This document shows, in pieces, positions 20,655-29,913 of a stretch of 64,000 bases of DNA. The notes under the pieces were generated by a model. That model worked only from the letters and a program-made list of their open reading frames with translations, made no database searches and was not told the origin of the DNA. Position numbers and translations under genes: made by a program. The DNA comes from Deltaproteobacteria bacterium (GTDB taxonomy: Bacteria > Myxococcota_A > Polyangia > Polyangiales > Houyiibacteriaceae): positions 1 through 64,000 of the forward strand of contig JAXMNT010000033.1 of the NCBI GenBank assembly GCA_034670305.1, in the 5' to 3' direction. The first letter of the stretch is position 1; each line of letters opens with the position of its first letter.

Positions 20655-22964
20655 CTAGGCGCGCGCGGCGGCGATCGCGAGTTGCCCGAGCGCGAGGCAC
20701 CCGTCGTGCGGGGGAAGTCGTTCGTGCAGCAAGACCCGCAGTCCCGCCGCCTCGAGTCGATCGACGACGGCTTCGAGGAGCCATCGGTTCAGGAAGCAGC
20801 CGCCGCTGAGAGCGACCGTGCCGATGCCCCGGACCGACGCGCGTTCGATCGCGAGCTCCGCCACCGCGCGGGCGAGCCCTGAGTGGAATCGCCCGGACAC
20901 CACCGACACCGGCACACCGCGCCGCACGTCCTCGAGAAGCAGAGGCCACATGGGCGCGGCGCTCAGACGGACGACGTCGTCGGCTCGCGTGGAGAACGGG
21001 TACGCCTCCATGCCCTCATCAACCCGCGGATCGACGAGCGCTTCCAGCGCCATCGCCGCTTCCGCTTCGTAGGCGATCTCCTCACCCCGCACATCGAGCG
21101 CCCGGGCGACCGCATCGAAGAGCCGGCCACACGACGACGCAGGGGGCGCACCGAGCCCGCGTTCGAGCATGGTCTCGAAGACGTCGCTCCGCCGTGCCAT
21201 CAGCGCTCGAATGCTCGGCACGTCGGCGAAGGCGCCGATCTCATCCCAAGACATCGCGGCGCGCAGGTGCGCGTAGAGACTCCGCCACGGCGCGCGGGCC
21301 GCGCGGTCCCCGCCCAAGAGCGCGACCGCCTCGAGTGCCGCCACCCGCTCCGAGCTGGCGTAGTCGCACACCAGGAACTCACCGCCCCAGAGGGTGCCGT
21401 CGTCCCCGTAGCCCAAACCGTCCAGCGCCACCCCGAGCACCGGGCCGCTCGCCGACGACCATTGGTTCTCTGCGAGACACGCGGCGATGTGCGCGTGGTG
21501 GTGTCCGACCCGCTCGAGCGGCAGCCGCTGCGACTTGGCGAAGCGCGCCCCGAAGTCGCTCGACGCGTAGTCCGGGTGCGCGTCGACGACCACACCCTCC
21601 GGCGTGAACCCATGGAGCGCCGAGAACAGCGGCAACGTCGACTCGTACGCCAACATCGCGGCGGGATGCGTGAGTTCGCCAAGATGCGGGGCCAGGGTGG
21701 CGCGCGCGTCCCGCGAGAGCGCGAACGCGGCTTTTCGATCCGCACCACACGCAAGCCAGGAGCTCGCGTGCCCCAGTTCCGCCGGCAGCTCGATGGACGA
21801 CGGACCGTACCCGCGGGCGCGCCGCACCATGCGCATGCGACCCGCGAGCGGCGCGGCCACGGAATCGTCCGCCCGGTGCGCGATCCTCCGGTCGTGGCCC
21901 AGGATCGCATCGGCCACGCCGGCGAACTTCTGCACCGCATCCGCGTCGTCGATCGATTGGGGTTCGGAATGAAGGTTGCCGCTCGTACAGACGAGCGGCC
22001 GGCCGACCCGGCGCGAGAGCAGATGGTGCAACGGTGTGGTGGGCAACATTGCTCCGAGGCGCCGCTGGTCGGGTGCCACTTCTGAAGCGATGCCGGAACC
22101 GACCACGTGTTCCAGCAGCACGATCGGCCCCTCGGGTCCGGTCAGGAGTTGCTCGGCCTCGAGCTCGAAGCGAACACACGCGCGGGCGGTCTCGACCGAT
22201 TCGAAGAGCACCGCGAAGGGTTGATGCGGGCGGCGTTTGCGATCCCGAAGCCGGGCCACCGCGGCGGACGACGTGGCGTCGCAGAGCAGTTGGTACCCGC
22301 CGAGCCCCTTCGCGGCGACGATGTGTCCGTCGACGAGCCCTTCGGCCGCGCGCTCGAGACACGCGGCGTCGCCGTGCATCGCGTCGCCCGTCCCGAGATC
22401 GCGCCACCAAAGACGCGGCCCACATGCGGGGCAGGCGATGGGCTGAGCGTGGTGTCGGCGGTCGCCTTCGTCCGCGTACGCCACCGCGCAGTCTGCACAC
22501 ATGGGGAAGTCCGCCATGGTGGTTCGGTCGCGGTCGTAGGGAATCGTCTCGGTGATGGTGTACCGGGGACCACACTCGGTGCAGCTCGCAAATGCGTGGC
22601 CGAAGCGGCGGTCCATCGGCTCCGCGATCTCGAGCAGACACTGTGGGCAGGTCGTGGCGTCAGGGACCACTTCGGTTCGCACGTTTCCCGACCGCCCAGA
22701 CGGTGTGATCAGAAACCCGTCCGGCGGCGTCTCGCGGAACGCGTTGCGTTCGATGTGTTCGATGCGCGCGAGCCGCGGCAGCTCGGCCCACAGCCGCGCC
22801 AAGAGCGCGTCGCACCCGGCGCGATCGGTGTGCAGCACGAGGACCACGCCTTCGGTGTCGTTCCGAACACTGCCCGCGACGCCGAGCGCACGGGCGATGC
22901 GCGCCACGGCCGGCCGAAACCCCACGCCCTGTACACGCCCGCGGATGCGAATTCGTTCAGCCAC
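20655..22964 (-). CDS. hypF: Carbamoyltransferase HypF
   Basis: GRVQGVGFRP acylphosphatase domain, zinc fingers (CPQC, CTECGPRY, C.DC, CPACGP), HHHAH, LDGLGYG.DG.LWGGE, SGGCF.N, PPHDG.LALGQ. Confidence 0.98.
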   Translation of the reverse strand: MAERIRIRGRVQGVGFRPAVARIARALGVAGSVRNDTEGVVLVLHTDRAGCDALLARLWAELPRLARIEHIERNAFRETPPDGFLITPSGRSGNVRTEVVPDATTCPQCLLEIAEPMDRRFGHAFASCTECGPRYTITETIPYDRDRTTMADFPMCADCAVAYADEGDRRHHAQPIACPACGPRLWWRDLGTGDAMHGDAACLERAAEGLVDGHIVAAKGLGGYQLLCDATSSAAVARLRDRKRRPHQPFAVLFESVETARACVRFELEAEQLLTGPEGPIVLLEHVVGSGIASEVAPDQRRLGAMLPTTPLHHLLSRRVGRPLVCTSGNLHSEPQSIDDADAVQKFAGVADAILGHDRRIAHRADDSVAAPLAGRMRMVRRARGYGPSSIELPAELGHASSWLACGADRKAAFALSRDARATLAPHLGELTHPAAMLAYESTLPLFSALHGFTPEGVVVDAHPDYASSDFGARFAKSQRLPLERVGHHHAHIAACLAENQWSSASGPVLGVALDGLGYGDDGTLWGGEFLVCDYASSERVAALEAVALLGGDRAARAPWRSLYAHLRAAMSWDEIGAFADVPSIRALMARRSDVFETMLERGLGAPPASSCGRLFDAVARALDVRGEEIAYEAEAAMALEALVDPRVDEGMEAYPFSTRADDVVRLSAAPMWPLLLEDVRRGVPVSVVSGRFHSGLARAVAELAIERASVRGIGTVALSGGCFLNRWLLEAVVDRLEAAGLRVLLHERLPPHDGCLALGQLAIAAARA

Positions 22965-22988
22965 GCCGCGTCTCTGTCTCTCCTGGGA

Positions 22989-23240
22989 TCAGTCGCGGGT
23001 GGTGCGCCGGCGGTGCCACCAGACACCTGCCGCCACGACGACCAAGGAGACCCACACCATCGCGTGCACCGGCTCGACCACCTGATGCGCGACGAGGTTG
23101 TCGGTGTGGCCGTGTCCCGGGTGCGCCCAGGCGTGGCTTGGCATCAGCAGCCCGATGCAAGCGATCAGCGCGGCGTGGAGCGCGGCCGGCCGAAGCGGCC
23201 TCGACACGAGCGCCGGTGTCTCATTCGATGTGCGATTCAC
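22989..23240 (-). CDS. Small His-rich exported/membrane peptide (AHPGHGH motif, HupE/UreJ N-terminus-like)
   Basis: Signal-like segment ending HAWA, then HPGHGH...HQVVEPVH, one TM and a basic tail; lies in the hydrogenase operon. Start uncertain. Confidence 0.55.
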   Translation of the reverse strand: MNRTSNETPALVSRPLRPAALHAALIACIGLLMPSHAWAHPGHGHTDNLVAHQVVEPVHAMVWVSLVVVAAGVWWHRRRTTRD

Positions 23241-23282
23241 GGCGCAATCGTCGCACTTCGGCGCCTGGTACGGAAGCAACGT

Positions 23283-24710
23283 TCAGCCCTCCCCGTACTT
23301 CGCCACCAACAGGCTGACGTCGTCCGCGGGTTGACGGCTCCACTTCACGAGCCCGCGCAGCACCCGATCGCGGACTGCTTCCGCCTCCCGAACCGGGCAG
23401 GTCTCGATCAGCTCGACCAATCGATCCATGTCGAGCATCTCGCCGAAGTCGTTGGTCGCCTCGATCAGCCCGTCGGTGAACAACACCATCACATCGCCGG
23501 GTGCGAGTTCGAGCCAGCTGTCCTCGATCAGGTGCCCGATCTGCGCGCGCAGCCCAAGCCACACCCCCGGCGTCAGGATGCGCTCCACCTTTCCGGTGGC
23601 TTGGCGCCACACCAGGATGTGCTCGTGCGCCCCGGCGAACTCCACCTTTCCATCGGGTCGATAGCGAAGGAGACAGAGCGTGATGTAGTGATCGTCGCCG
23701 AGTCGGGCCCGGATGTTCTCGAACAGCACCTCGTTGAGAAGCGCGATCACCTCGGACGGGTGCGCTTCGGGACGGGCCCGGACCAAACCGGCGAGCGAGC
23801 TCTGGGCCATCAACATCACGAGGCCCGAATCCAGACCGTGTCCGGACACATCTCCGATCACGAGCCACGCACCAGGCCCGTCGCCGGTGGGGTGCACATC
23901 GTAGAAGTCCCCGCCGACCTCGGCCGCCGGTTCCATCGTGGCCTTCACGTCCAAACCCTCGATTGCGAACGTCGTGGGAAGGATGGCGGTCTGCACGTGC
24001 CGCGCGATCGCCTTCTCCTCGTCGATGCGCGCGCCCTCCACTGCCGTACGCAACGACAGCGCTTGCGCGGCCTTGCTCTCGGTGATGTCGAACGCGACGC
24101 CCTGCAGGTACTCCGGTCGACCGAGCGCGTCGCGGATGATGCGCGCTTCGCCATGCACCCAGACCGTGTGGCCATCCTTCGCGATGAACCGGCACTCCGC
24201 TTTGAACGGGCCACCGGTGCGCACCCCGCGGGAGAACTCCTGGTTCCACAACACCCGGTCCTCCGGATGAAGCCGCCAGTACCAGAGGAAGGGATCGGCC
24301 AGCCACTCTTCTTGCGACCACCCGAGCAGCTGCTCGACATGGGGGCTGACGTAGATCTCGTTCTCGCCTTCGCCGAGCATCGCCATGAAGGTCACAGCCG
24401 GGATCTGCTGCACGAGGGTGCGGAGTCGCCGTTCTGCCGCCTCGAGGCGAACCTGCGCGCGTTTGGCCGCGTCGTGCGACTCGGGTGCCCGCGCGCGGCC
24501 GGTCTCCGGCCAAGTCACCCGCGAGCGGTCCGGGACGCCGTCGTCCAGCACCGCACCGGCGAGCAGATCGAGCAACTGCAACGCCTGCATCGCTTCGGCG
24601 ACGTCCTCCGGGCTCAGGTCCTCGTCGAACAGGTCGGAGAAGGCTTCGGTGAGCCCCGGATCGAGCTCGCGGCCCGGCAGAAGGGCCTCTGGCCTCGGGT
24701 CTTCAGCCAC
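23283..24710 (-). CDS. PAS-domain PP2C/SpoIIE (RsbU-like) phosphatase
   Basis: PAS '[16 protein letters not shown]...LHPEDR...G..VWV'; PP2C motifs [30 protein letters not shown]. Overlaps the hypB stop by 8 nt. Confidence 0.93.
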   Translation of the reverse strand: MAEDPRPEALLPGRELDPGLTEAFSDLFDEDLSPEDVAEAMQALQLLDLLAGAVLDDGVPDRSRVTWPETGRARAPESHDAAKRAQVRLEAAERRLRTLVQQIPAVTFMAMLGEGENEIYVSPHVEQLLGWSQEEWLADPFLWYWRLHPEDRVLWNQEFSRGVRTGGPFKAECRFIAKDGHTVWVHGEARIIRDALGRPEYLQGVAFDITESKAAQALSLRTAVEGARIDEEKAIARHVQTAILPTTFAIEGLDVKATMEPAAEVGGDFYDVHPTGDGPGAWLVIGDVSGHGLDSGLVMLMAQSSLAGLVRARPEAHPSEVIALLNEVLFENIRARLGDDHYITLCLLRYRPDGKVEFAGAHEHILVWRQATGKVERILTPGVWLGLRAQIGHLIEDSWLELAPGDVMVLFTDGLIEATNDFGEMLDMDRLVELIETCPVREAEAVRDRVLRGLVKWSRQPADDVSLLVAKYGEG

Positions 24711-25590
24711 CCGCGTCTCCGTCGACCCGCGCGCGCAACCAGTCGAGCCACGCCTCGAACCCTTCGCCGGTGCGTGCGCTCAAACGAATGACCTCGAGCG
24801 ACGGGTTCACGACCCGCGCGTATTCGACGCACCGATCGACGTCGAAGTCGAGGTGGGGAAGCAGATCGGTCTTGTTCAAGAGCATCAGCGAACTCGCGCG
24901 AAACATATGCGGGTACTTGATGGGCTTGTCCTCCCCCTCGGTCGTCGAACAGACGACCACCTTGCAGTGCTCGCCGAGATCGAAGAGCGCGGGGCAGACG
25001 AGGTTGCCGACGTTCTCGATGAACAGGACGCTCCGGGGATCGGGGTCGAGCGCATCGATGCCCTTGCGCACCATCTCGGCATCGAGGTGACAGCCAGCCC
25101 CGGTGTTGATCTGCAGTGCCCGCGCACCGGCGGCGCGAATGCGCTCCGCGTCGTGGTCCGTGGCTTGGTCGCCTTCCAACACGCACTGCGCGATGTCCCC
25201 GTCGAGCGCACGGATGGTGCGCTCCAAAATCGCGGTCTTGCCCGAGCCCGGGGAGCTGACGAGGTTGAGGGCCAGCACCCGGCGCCCACGAAGGAACGCG
25301 CGGTTCAGTCCCGCGATCTGATCGTTCTTGGCGAAGATGGCCTGTTCGATCGCGACGCGCCGACCCGAAGCCTCGTCACCCGCCTCGTCCTTCGCGACCG
25401 CGTGGGTGTGCGTCGTGCCGTCCGCGTGGGTGTGCGTGCCGTCCGCGTGGGTGTGCGTCGTGCCGTCCGCGTGGGTGTGCGTTCCGGGCGCCGCGCCGAC
25501 CGCGTGGGTGTGCGTGGTGCCGTCCGCATGGGTGTGCGTCACACCCGCCTCCACCCCTGTCTCGTCTCCACAGCCACAGATGCCACACAT
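24703..25590 (-). CDS. hypB: Hydrogenase nickel incorporation GTPase HypB
   Basis: N-terminal MCGICGC, His-rich THTHADG repeats, [42 protein letters not shown]. Confidence 0.98.
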   Translation of the reverse strand: MCGICGCGDETGVEAGVTHTHADGTTHTHAVGAAPGTHTHADGTTHTHADGTHTHADGTTHTHAVAKDEAGDEASGRRVAIEQAIFAKNDQIAGLNRAFLRGRRVLALNLVSSPGSGKTAILERTIRALDGDIAQCVLEGDQATDHDAERIRAAGARALQINTGAGCHLDAEMVRKGIDALDPDPRSVLFIENVGNLVCPALFDLGEHCKVVVCSTTEGEDKPIKYPHMFRASSLMLLNKTDLLPHLDFDVDRCVEYARVVNPSLEVIRLSARTGEGFEAWLDWLRARVDGDAGG

Positions 25591-25919
25591 CACGCCAACT
25601 CCATGTCGCGTATTCGCAACTGCTCGCCCGACACCCACTCGAGATCGGTCCCGCCACACCCACACTGCCCGTACGGCCGGTCGAGCACCAGCATCGCGTC
25701 GCACGCGCGACACCGCGCCTGCCCAGGCACCTCGTCGATCACGAGCGTTGCGCCCTGAATCGCGGTGCCCTCGCACGCGAGTTCGAATGAGAAGTGCAGC
25801 GCGTCGGGCAACACCGCCGCCAGTTTGCCGACTTCTATACGCACCGAACGAACTTTCGCACCGTGCGCCTTCTCGAGGACCACATCGACGATCTGCATCG
25901 CGATCCCCATCTCATGCAC
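25590..25919 (-). CDS. hypA: Hydrogenase maturation nickel metallochaperone HypA
   Basis: MHE N-terminus (GTG start, GAGGAGG RBS), CRAC and CGCG zinc site, SGEQL.I..ME. Confidence 0.95.
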   Translation of the reverse strand: MHEMGIAMQIVDVVLEKAHGAKVRSVRIEVGKLAAVLPDALHFSFELACEGTAIQGATLVIDEVPGQARCRACDAMLVLDRPYGQCGCGGTDLEWVSGEQLRIRDMELA

Positions 25920-26490
25920 GGCGCTCCTCCTCATTGGGCACAGCGACCACGGGTTCGGGTTTCGCGGGTGGGGACGGGGGCGCATCCCAGCCTCCATCGA
26001 CGACCTGCCACACCCAGGCGGCCGCGCGATCCGCCGCCGCGTCGACGACCGCACTCAGCCCGGGCTCGTCCCACGCCGCCGGCTCGCACCCGAGCACGCG
26101 CACGTCGGGCAGGACGCCGGTGGCGCGCCGCACGAACTCGAGCACCCGCGCCGGGTCGAGTCCGTGGCCGTCGGGCGGCGACGTCGCGCCGCCATCTTTC
26201 GCATCCTCCGCGAAGCGCGGCTCGATGAGACTCAGCGTGCCGGGCGGTTCGCCGCGGCGCATCGCGTCGACCACGAGCACCCGCTCGGGCGCGTCCATCA
26301 ACGCGTGCGCGAAGTCCATGCCGCGGATGCCGAACTCACGAAAGACCACGCCGCTCGGCAAGTGGCCGGCGCGCTCGTCCGCGACAAGCCGACGCGCCAC
26401 CTCGACCCCGAACCCGTCGTCTCCGAAGAAGACGTTGCCGATGCAGGCCACGAGCAGACGCGTCGCGCCGTGGGTGTCGGTCGCGGTCAC
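25912..26490 (-). CDS. Hydrogenase maturation endopeptidase
   Basis: LVACIGNVFFGDDGFGVEV, FGIRG.D.A, VDA, HGLDP..VL, LGCEP. Confidence 0.93.
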   Translation of the reverse strand: MTATDTHGATRLLVACIGNVFFGDDGFGVEVARRLVADERAGHLPSGVVFREFGIRGMDFAHALMDAPERVLVVDAMRRGEPPGTLSLIEPRFAEDAKDGGATSPPDGHGLDPARVLEFVRRATGVLPDVRVLGCEPAAWDEPGLSAVVDAAADRAAAWVWQVVDGGWDAPPSPPAKPEPVVAVPNEEERRA

Positions 26491-27728
26491 TGGAGCCGCT
26501 CCAGTTCGTCGGGGCGGTAGAAGAAGCGGTGGCCCGGCCAGCCCTGCGCGCCGAGGTCGCGCCCTGGGTCGTCGTCGATCGTCACCGCGACCAGCAACAC
26601 TCCGTCGACGTCCTGTTCGATCGACGCGATCGTGGCGATCCGATCGCGCAGCGCGATGTCCATCACGTCGCCGCGGCCTCTGGGCCGGATCCGGACCCGA
26701 TCGCCAACCACCACCGCCTGTCCGCCGGCGCTGACCACCGAGGGTGGCTTGACCGAGAGCCGGCCATGCAGCGCGGCGAGCGCGTCGTCGTCCATGGCTT
26801 CCACCCGCGCGAGCAACTGGGCACCCGGACCACCGGCCCGGCGGAGTTCGTCTTGCTCGAACGGCGAGAGGGTGAGCACCCGGAGCGCGAGCATCTCGTC
26901 CATCTCGGTGCCGTCGAAGAAGTCGCCCGGGCTCTCGGGGGCGAGGCGCGGGTGGTCGTACACGATCACCGGCGAAGCGAGCATGGTGTCGCGCCGTGCC
27001 GCGGGTCCAACCAGCACCGGGAACACGCCTTCGTTCCGGCACTCTTCCACGTGTCCGGTCAGTGCGTCCGGCGGTTCCAAGAGCGACACGAACTCAGATG
27101 GTCCGCGTTCACGAACGCCATCCCCGGTGGGCGCCGAGTCCTGCACAGAGAGCAACACGTGCACCGACGCCGCGGACCGGCGAACCATCGTTTGGCGCTC
27201 GACGCGATCGGGCCGGCCGCGCCGCGCTCCGTCCGAGAGCGCGACCTGGGTCACGTTGCGTACCTCGATCGTCACCCGATGCACGTGGCGTTCGAGTCGT
27301 TCGACCTCGAGCAAACTCTGGAGCGCGAGGGGTTCGAACCGGCGGTCCAGATCGTCTTCTTCCGCGTCGAGGGCGGTGTGGCGCTCGCGCCGTGCATCGC
27401 GCAGCGCGCCGATGGGGTCGCCCACCAGCGCGATCCGCTCCTCCCGCGCTTCGTTGTCGCGGGACGCGTAACGAAGACAACGAACCTGCGCGTGCAGCCG
27501 CGCGTCGTCGGGCGCGTGGACCAGCACTTCCAGGTGCAGGCGCCAACGCTCCGCATCGCCCATCGCTTCGGCGTAGCACCGAGGCGCGAGCACCCCGAAC
27601 GGGAAACGTTGCTGGTTCTTCAAGCTGCTCGCTCGGTAGGGGTAGAGCACGAAGCCCTCGTAGAGCAGCGCTTTGGCCAGATCTTCGACGTGCGCGAACG
27701 CGGCCTCGTCCGATGCGTGGGGGCTCAT
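26487..27728 (-). CDS. Conserved hypothetical protein of group 1h hydrogenase clusters
   Basis: 'LLYEG.VLYPYRASS.KNQ.R', 'FPVL.G', 'LASP.I.YDHP..APESPGD.FDGTE.DE.L.LR', C-terminal 'DDDPGRDLG...PGHRFFY.PDE'; translationally coupled to neighbours. Confidence 0.8.
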   Translation of the reverse strand: MSPHASDEAAFAHVEDLAKALLYEGFVLYPYRASSLKNQQRFPFGVLAPRCYAEAMGDAERWRLHLEVLVHAPDDARLHAQVRCLRYASRDNEAREERIALVGDPIGALRDARRERHTALDAEEDDLDRRFEPLALQSLLEVERLERHVHRVTIEVRNVTQVALSDGARRGRPDRVERQTMVRRSAASVHVLLSVQDSAPTGDGVRERGPSEFVSLLEPPDALTGHVEECRNEGVFPVLVGPAARRDTMLASPVIVYDHPRLAPESPGDFFDGTEMDEMLALRVLTLSPFEQDELRRAGGPGAQLLARVEAMDDDALAALHGRLSVKPPSVVSAGGQAVVVGDRVRIRPRGRGDVMDIALRDRIATIASIEQDVDGVLLVAVTIDDDPGRDLGAQGWPGHRFFYRPDELERLQ

Positions 27729-28402
27729 GAGGCCTCCGAGTCTCGCGACTCATCCGCTTCGGCGCGCTCGAGCAACCGCGTCAGCGCGTCGTCCACACTC
27801 GCGGCGCCGTGGTGCAGCCGGAACCGATTGAGTCGATCGAACACGTCGGCACGCACGCTGAGTGGTCGCCGACTTCCGAGGCTGCGGTCGAGCGCCTCGC
27901 GCACCACCATCGCGTCGACCCGCGCCGGCGCTTCGTCCAGATGCGGAAACGGGAACGCGACAAGGCGATGCTCGGCCGGATCGGTATGGAACAAGGTGCC
28001 GCGGCACAGCACCGCGATCGGCAGATCGCGATCGCCCGGCGCGTCGTCTGCGGTGAGCGCCGCGACGAGCTTGCCCATCGCATGTTCGAGTTCGAGCGTG
28101 ACCGGCAGCGGCACATCCAGTTCCGTCTCGCGTTCGAACGCGGGGACGGACACGGTGGTCTGGGTCCAAAGGAACGCGTCCGTGCTGCGAGACCACAACT
28201 CGGCCGGCCCGAAGAGCGGCTCGAGGAGCGCACGCTCGGACGCACTCCAGCGACGGAGGCGCGGCTCAAAACGCACCTGCACGACGAGCTGACCCGACTG
28301 AATCGGCGCCGAACAACGAAGCCGCAGCCCGAGCCGGAGCGCGGGTTCCACCGATCGCACCCCCGGTCGGACGTCGATCACTTGAAGGGCGACGTCAACC
28401 AC
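27725..28402 (-). CDS. DUF6084-like accessory protein of group 1h hydrogenase clusters
   Basis: 'Q.R.EP..R......L..LFG....W..S...FLWT.....VPAF' pattern; GGAGG RBS before GTG 28402. Confidence 0.75.
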   Translation of the reverse strand: MVDVALQVIDVRPGVRSVEPALRLGLRLRCSAPIQSGQLVVQVRFEPRLRRWSASERALLEPLFGPAELWSRSTDAFLWTQTTVSVPAFERETELDVPLPVTLELEHAMGKLVAALTADDAPGDRDLPIAVLCRGTLFHTDPAEHRLVAFPFPHLDEAPARVDAMVVREALDRSLGSRRPLSVRADVFDRLNRFRLHHGAASVDDALTRLLERAEADESRDSEAS

Positions 28403-29405
28403 GGCGCGCCTCCGATGACCGGGCCAGCGCATCGAAGAAGTCACGCACAGCGTGTTTCGCCTTCTCTCCCCCAGTGATGCCTTGCCACTCGCCCCGCAGC
28501 CGCGCGGTCAGTTCGAAACACCGATCGATCGAGACCACCCACGCTTGAAACGGAGGCCCGGCGAACACGAGGAGCGCTTCGGTGTTGGGGGCGAGCGCGG
28601 CGATCGCCGGATGGGCGCACGCGAGCCGGTCGAAGAGATCTTCGCGCACCGGATGGTCCACCACGCCGAGGGGGCTGGGCGAGGTGACGATGGGCGTCGC
28701 AGGGGCTGGGCCGGTCTTCCAGCGGGCGAGAAAAGCGAGTGAGATGGGGAGGCCGAGCGCGGACCACGCGGCTTCCAGGGAGTCCGCTTCTGTTGCTGCG
28801 TCTGCTGCTGCGTCTGCTGCGGTGTCTGCTGCGGTGTCTGTTGCTGTGTCTGCTGCTGTGTCTGTTGCTGTGTCTGCTGCTGTTGCTGTTGCTGTGTCTC
28901 CTGCTGTTTCTGCTGCTGCTTCTGTTTCTGCTGCTGCTTCTGTTTCTGTTTCTGTTGCTGCTTCTGCTTTCGAATCCGATCCCGAAGCCGAAGCCGATCC
29001 CGAATCCGAAGCCGAAGCCGAAGCCGATCCCGAAGCCGATCCCGAAGCCGATCCCGATCCCGAATCCGATCCCGAAGCCGATCCCGAAGCCGATCCCGAA
29101 GCCGATCCCGAAGCCGATCCCGAAGCCGAAGCCGAAGCCGATCCCGGATCCGATGGCGTGAGGCGCTTGGGCTTTTGGGCGCGGGGGAGGCGGGCGTAAC
29201 GGGTGTCGGCTTCGTGGTCGAAGAGGAGGGCGCAGGCTTGGCAGGCGCATTCGATGGCGCGGGCGGCGGGGTGTACGAGGTGTTCGTGGACGGGGCCGAG
29301 CGGCGCGCCGCAGAGGCCGCAGCAGGTGTGCTGCGCCCGGCGGGTGCTGGCGCCGGTCAGCCGGCGGAGGGCGAAGATGCCGGCGCGTGGGATCCGAGCC
29401 TGCAC
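28395..29405 (-). CDS. DUF5947-like accessory protein with about 120-aa low-complexity insertion
   Basis: CGLC...HEHL...[42 protein letters not shown]; repeat insert at about 28786-29152. Confidence 0.8.
   Translation of the reverse strand: MQARIPRAGIFALRRLTGASTRRAQHTCCGLCGAPLGPVHEHLVHPAARAIECACQACALLFDHEADTRYARLPRAQKPKRLTPSDPGSASASASGSASGSASGSASGSASGSDSGSGSASGSASGSASASASDSGSASASGSDSKAEAATETETEAAAETEAAAETAGDTATATAADTATDTAADTATDTAADTAADAAADAATEADSLEAAWSALGLPISLAFLARWKTGPAPATPIVTSPSPLGVVDHPVREDLFDRLACAHPAIAALAPNTEALLVFAGPPFQAWVVSIDRCFELTARLRGEWQGITGGEKAKHAVRDFFDALARSSEARRG
28786..29152. repeat. In-frame tandem arrays (TCTGCTGCTG-type and GATCCCGAAGCC-type) inside the DUF5947-like gene
   Basis: Visible 6/12-nt periodicity encoding SASGSASG and AADTATDT tracts. 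Confidence 0.9.
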
Positions 29406-29409
29406 GAAA

Positions 29410-29913
29410 TCACCGTCCGCCGGAGAGACGCGAGGGAGAGATGAGCGCGGGGCCGTCCTCCGCCCCTTCGAGCAGCAGCTCCACGTCGGGCGCGGCTTGC
29501 AGGACCGCGGCGGTGACACGCTGGCGAATCTCCGCGCCGTGGCGGGTGTCGTCGTCCCGCGTCAGACGCACCCGGACAAACGCACCCTCGACGCGCACGT
29601 CGTGCACGCGCGCACCGAGGCCGCGCAGCTCGGCGTCGATCGACGCGAGCGCCGCCTCCACGCGTTCCAGCGGCGTGCTCGGGTGCAGATCGTGCAGCAT
29701 CAACAGCGACGCGAGCGCGGGGTCGGCGGCGAGGCCCTTGATCCGGGCGTCGCCGCCCTCCTCTTCCGCGAGGATCTCGAGCACCCGCTCGAGCCCTTCG
29801 CGGTGCATCTCGAGCACCCCCGTCACAAGCGCGCGGGCGCGCCCCTTCGCAACGGAGTCGTCCAACGCTTCCACCGCTTCGACGAGCGTCTCGAGTGTGT
29901 CGAACGCCGACAT
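29410..29913 (-). CDS. NifU-like accessory protein of group 1h hydrogenase (no Cys)
   Basis: 'LE.H..GLER.L...L..DP..ASLL.LHDLHP....RVE.AL...AAPDV' pattern; ATG overlaps the hhyL stop (TGATG). Confidence 0.75.
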   Translation of the reverse strand: MSAFDTLETLVEAVEALDDSVAKGRARALVTGVLEMHREGLERVLEILAEEEGGDARIKGLAADPALASLLMLHDLHPSTPLERVEAALASIDAELRGLGARVHDVRVEGAFVRVRLTRDDDTRHGAEIRQRVTAAVLQAAPDVELLLEGAEDGPALISPSRLSGGR

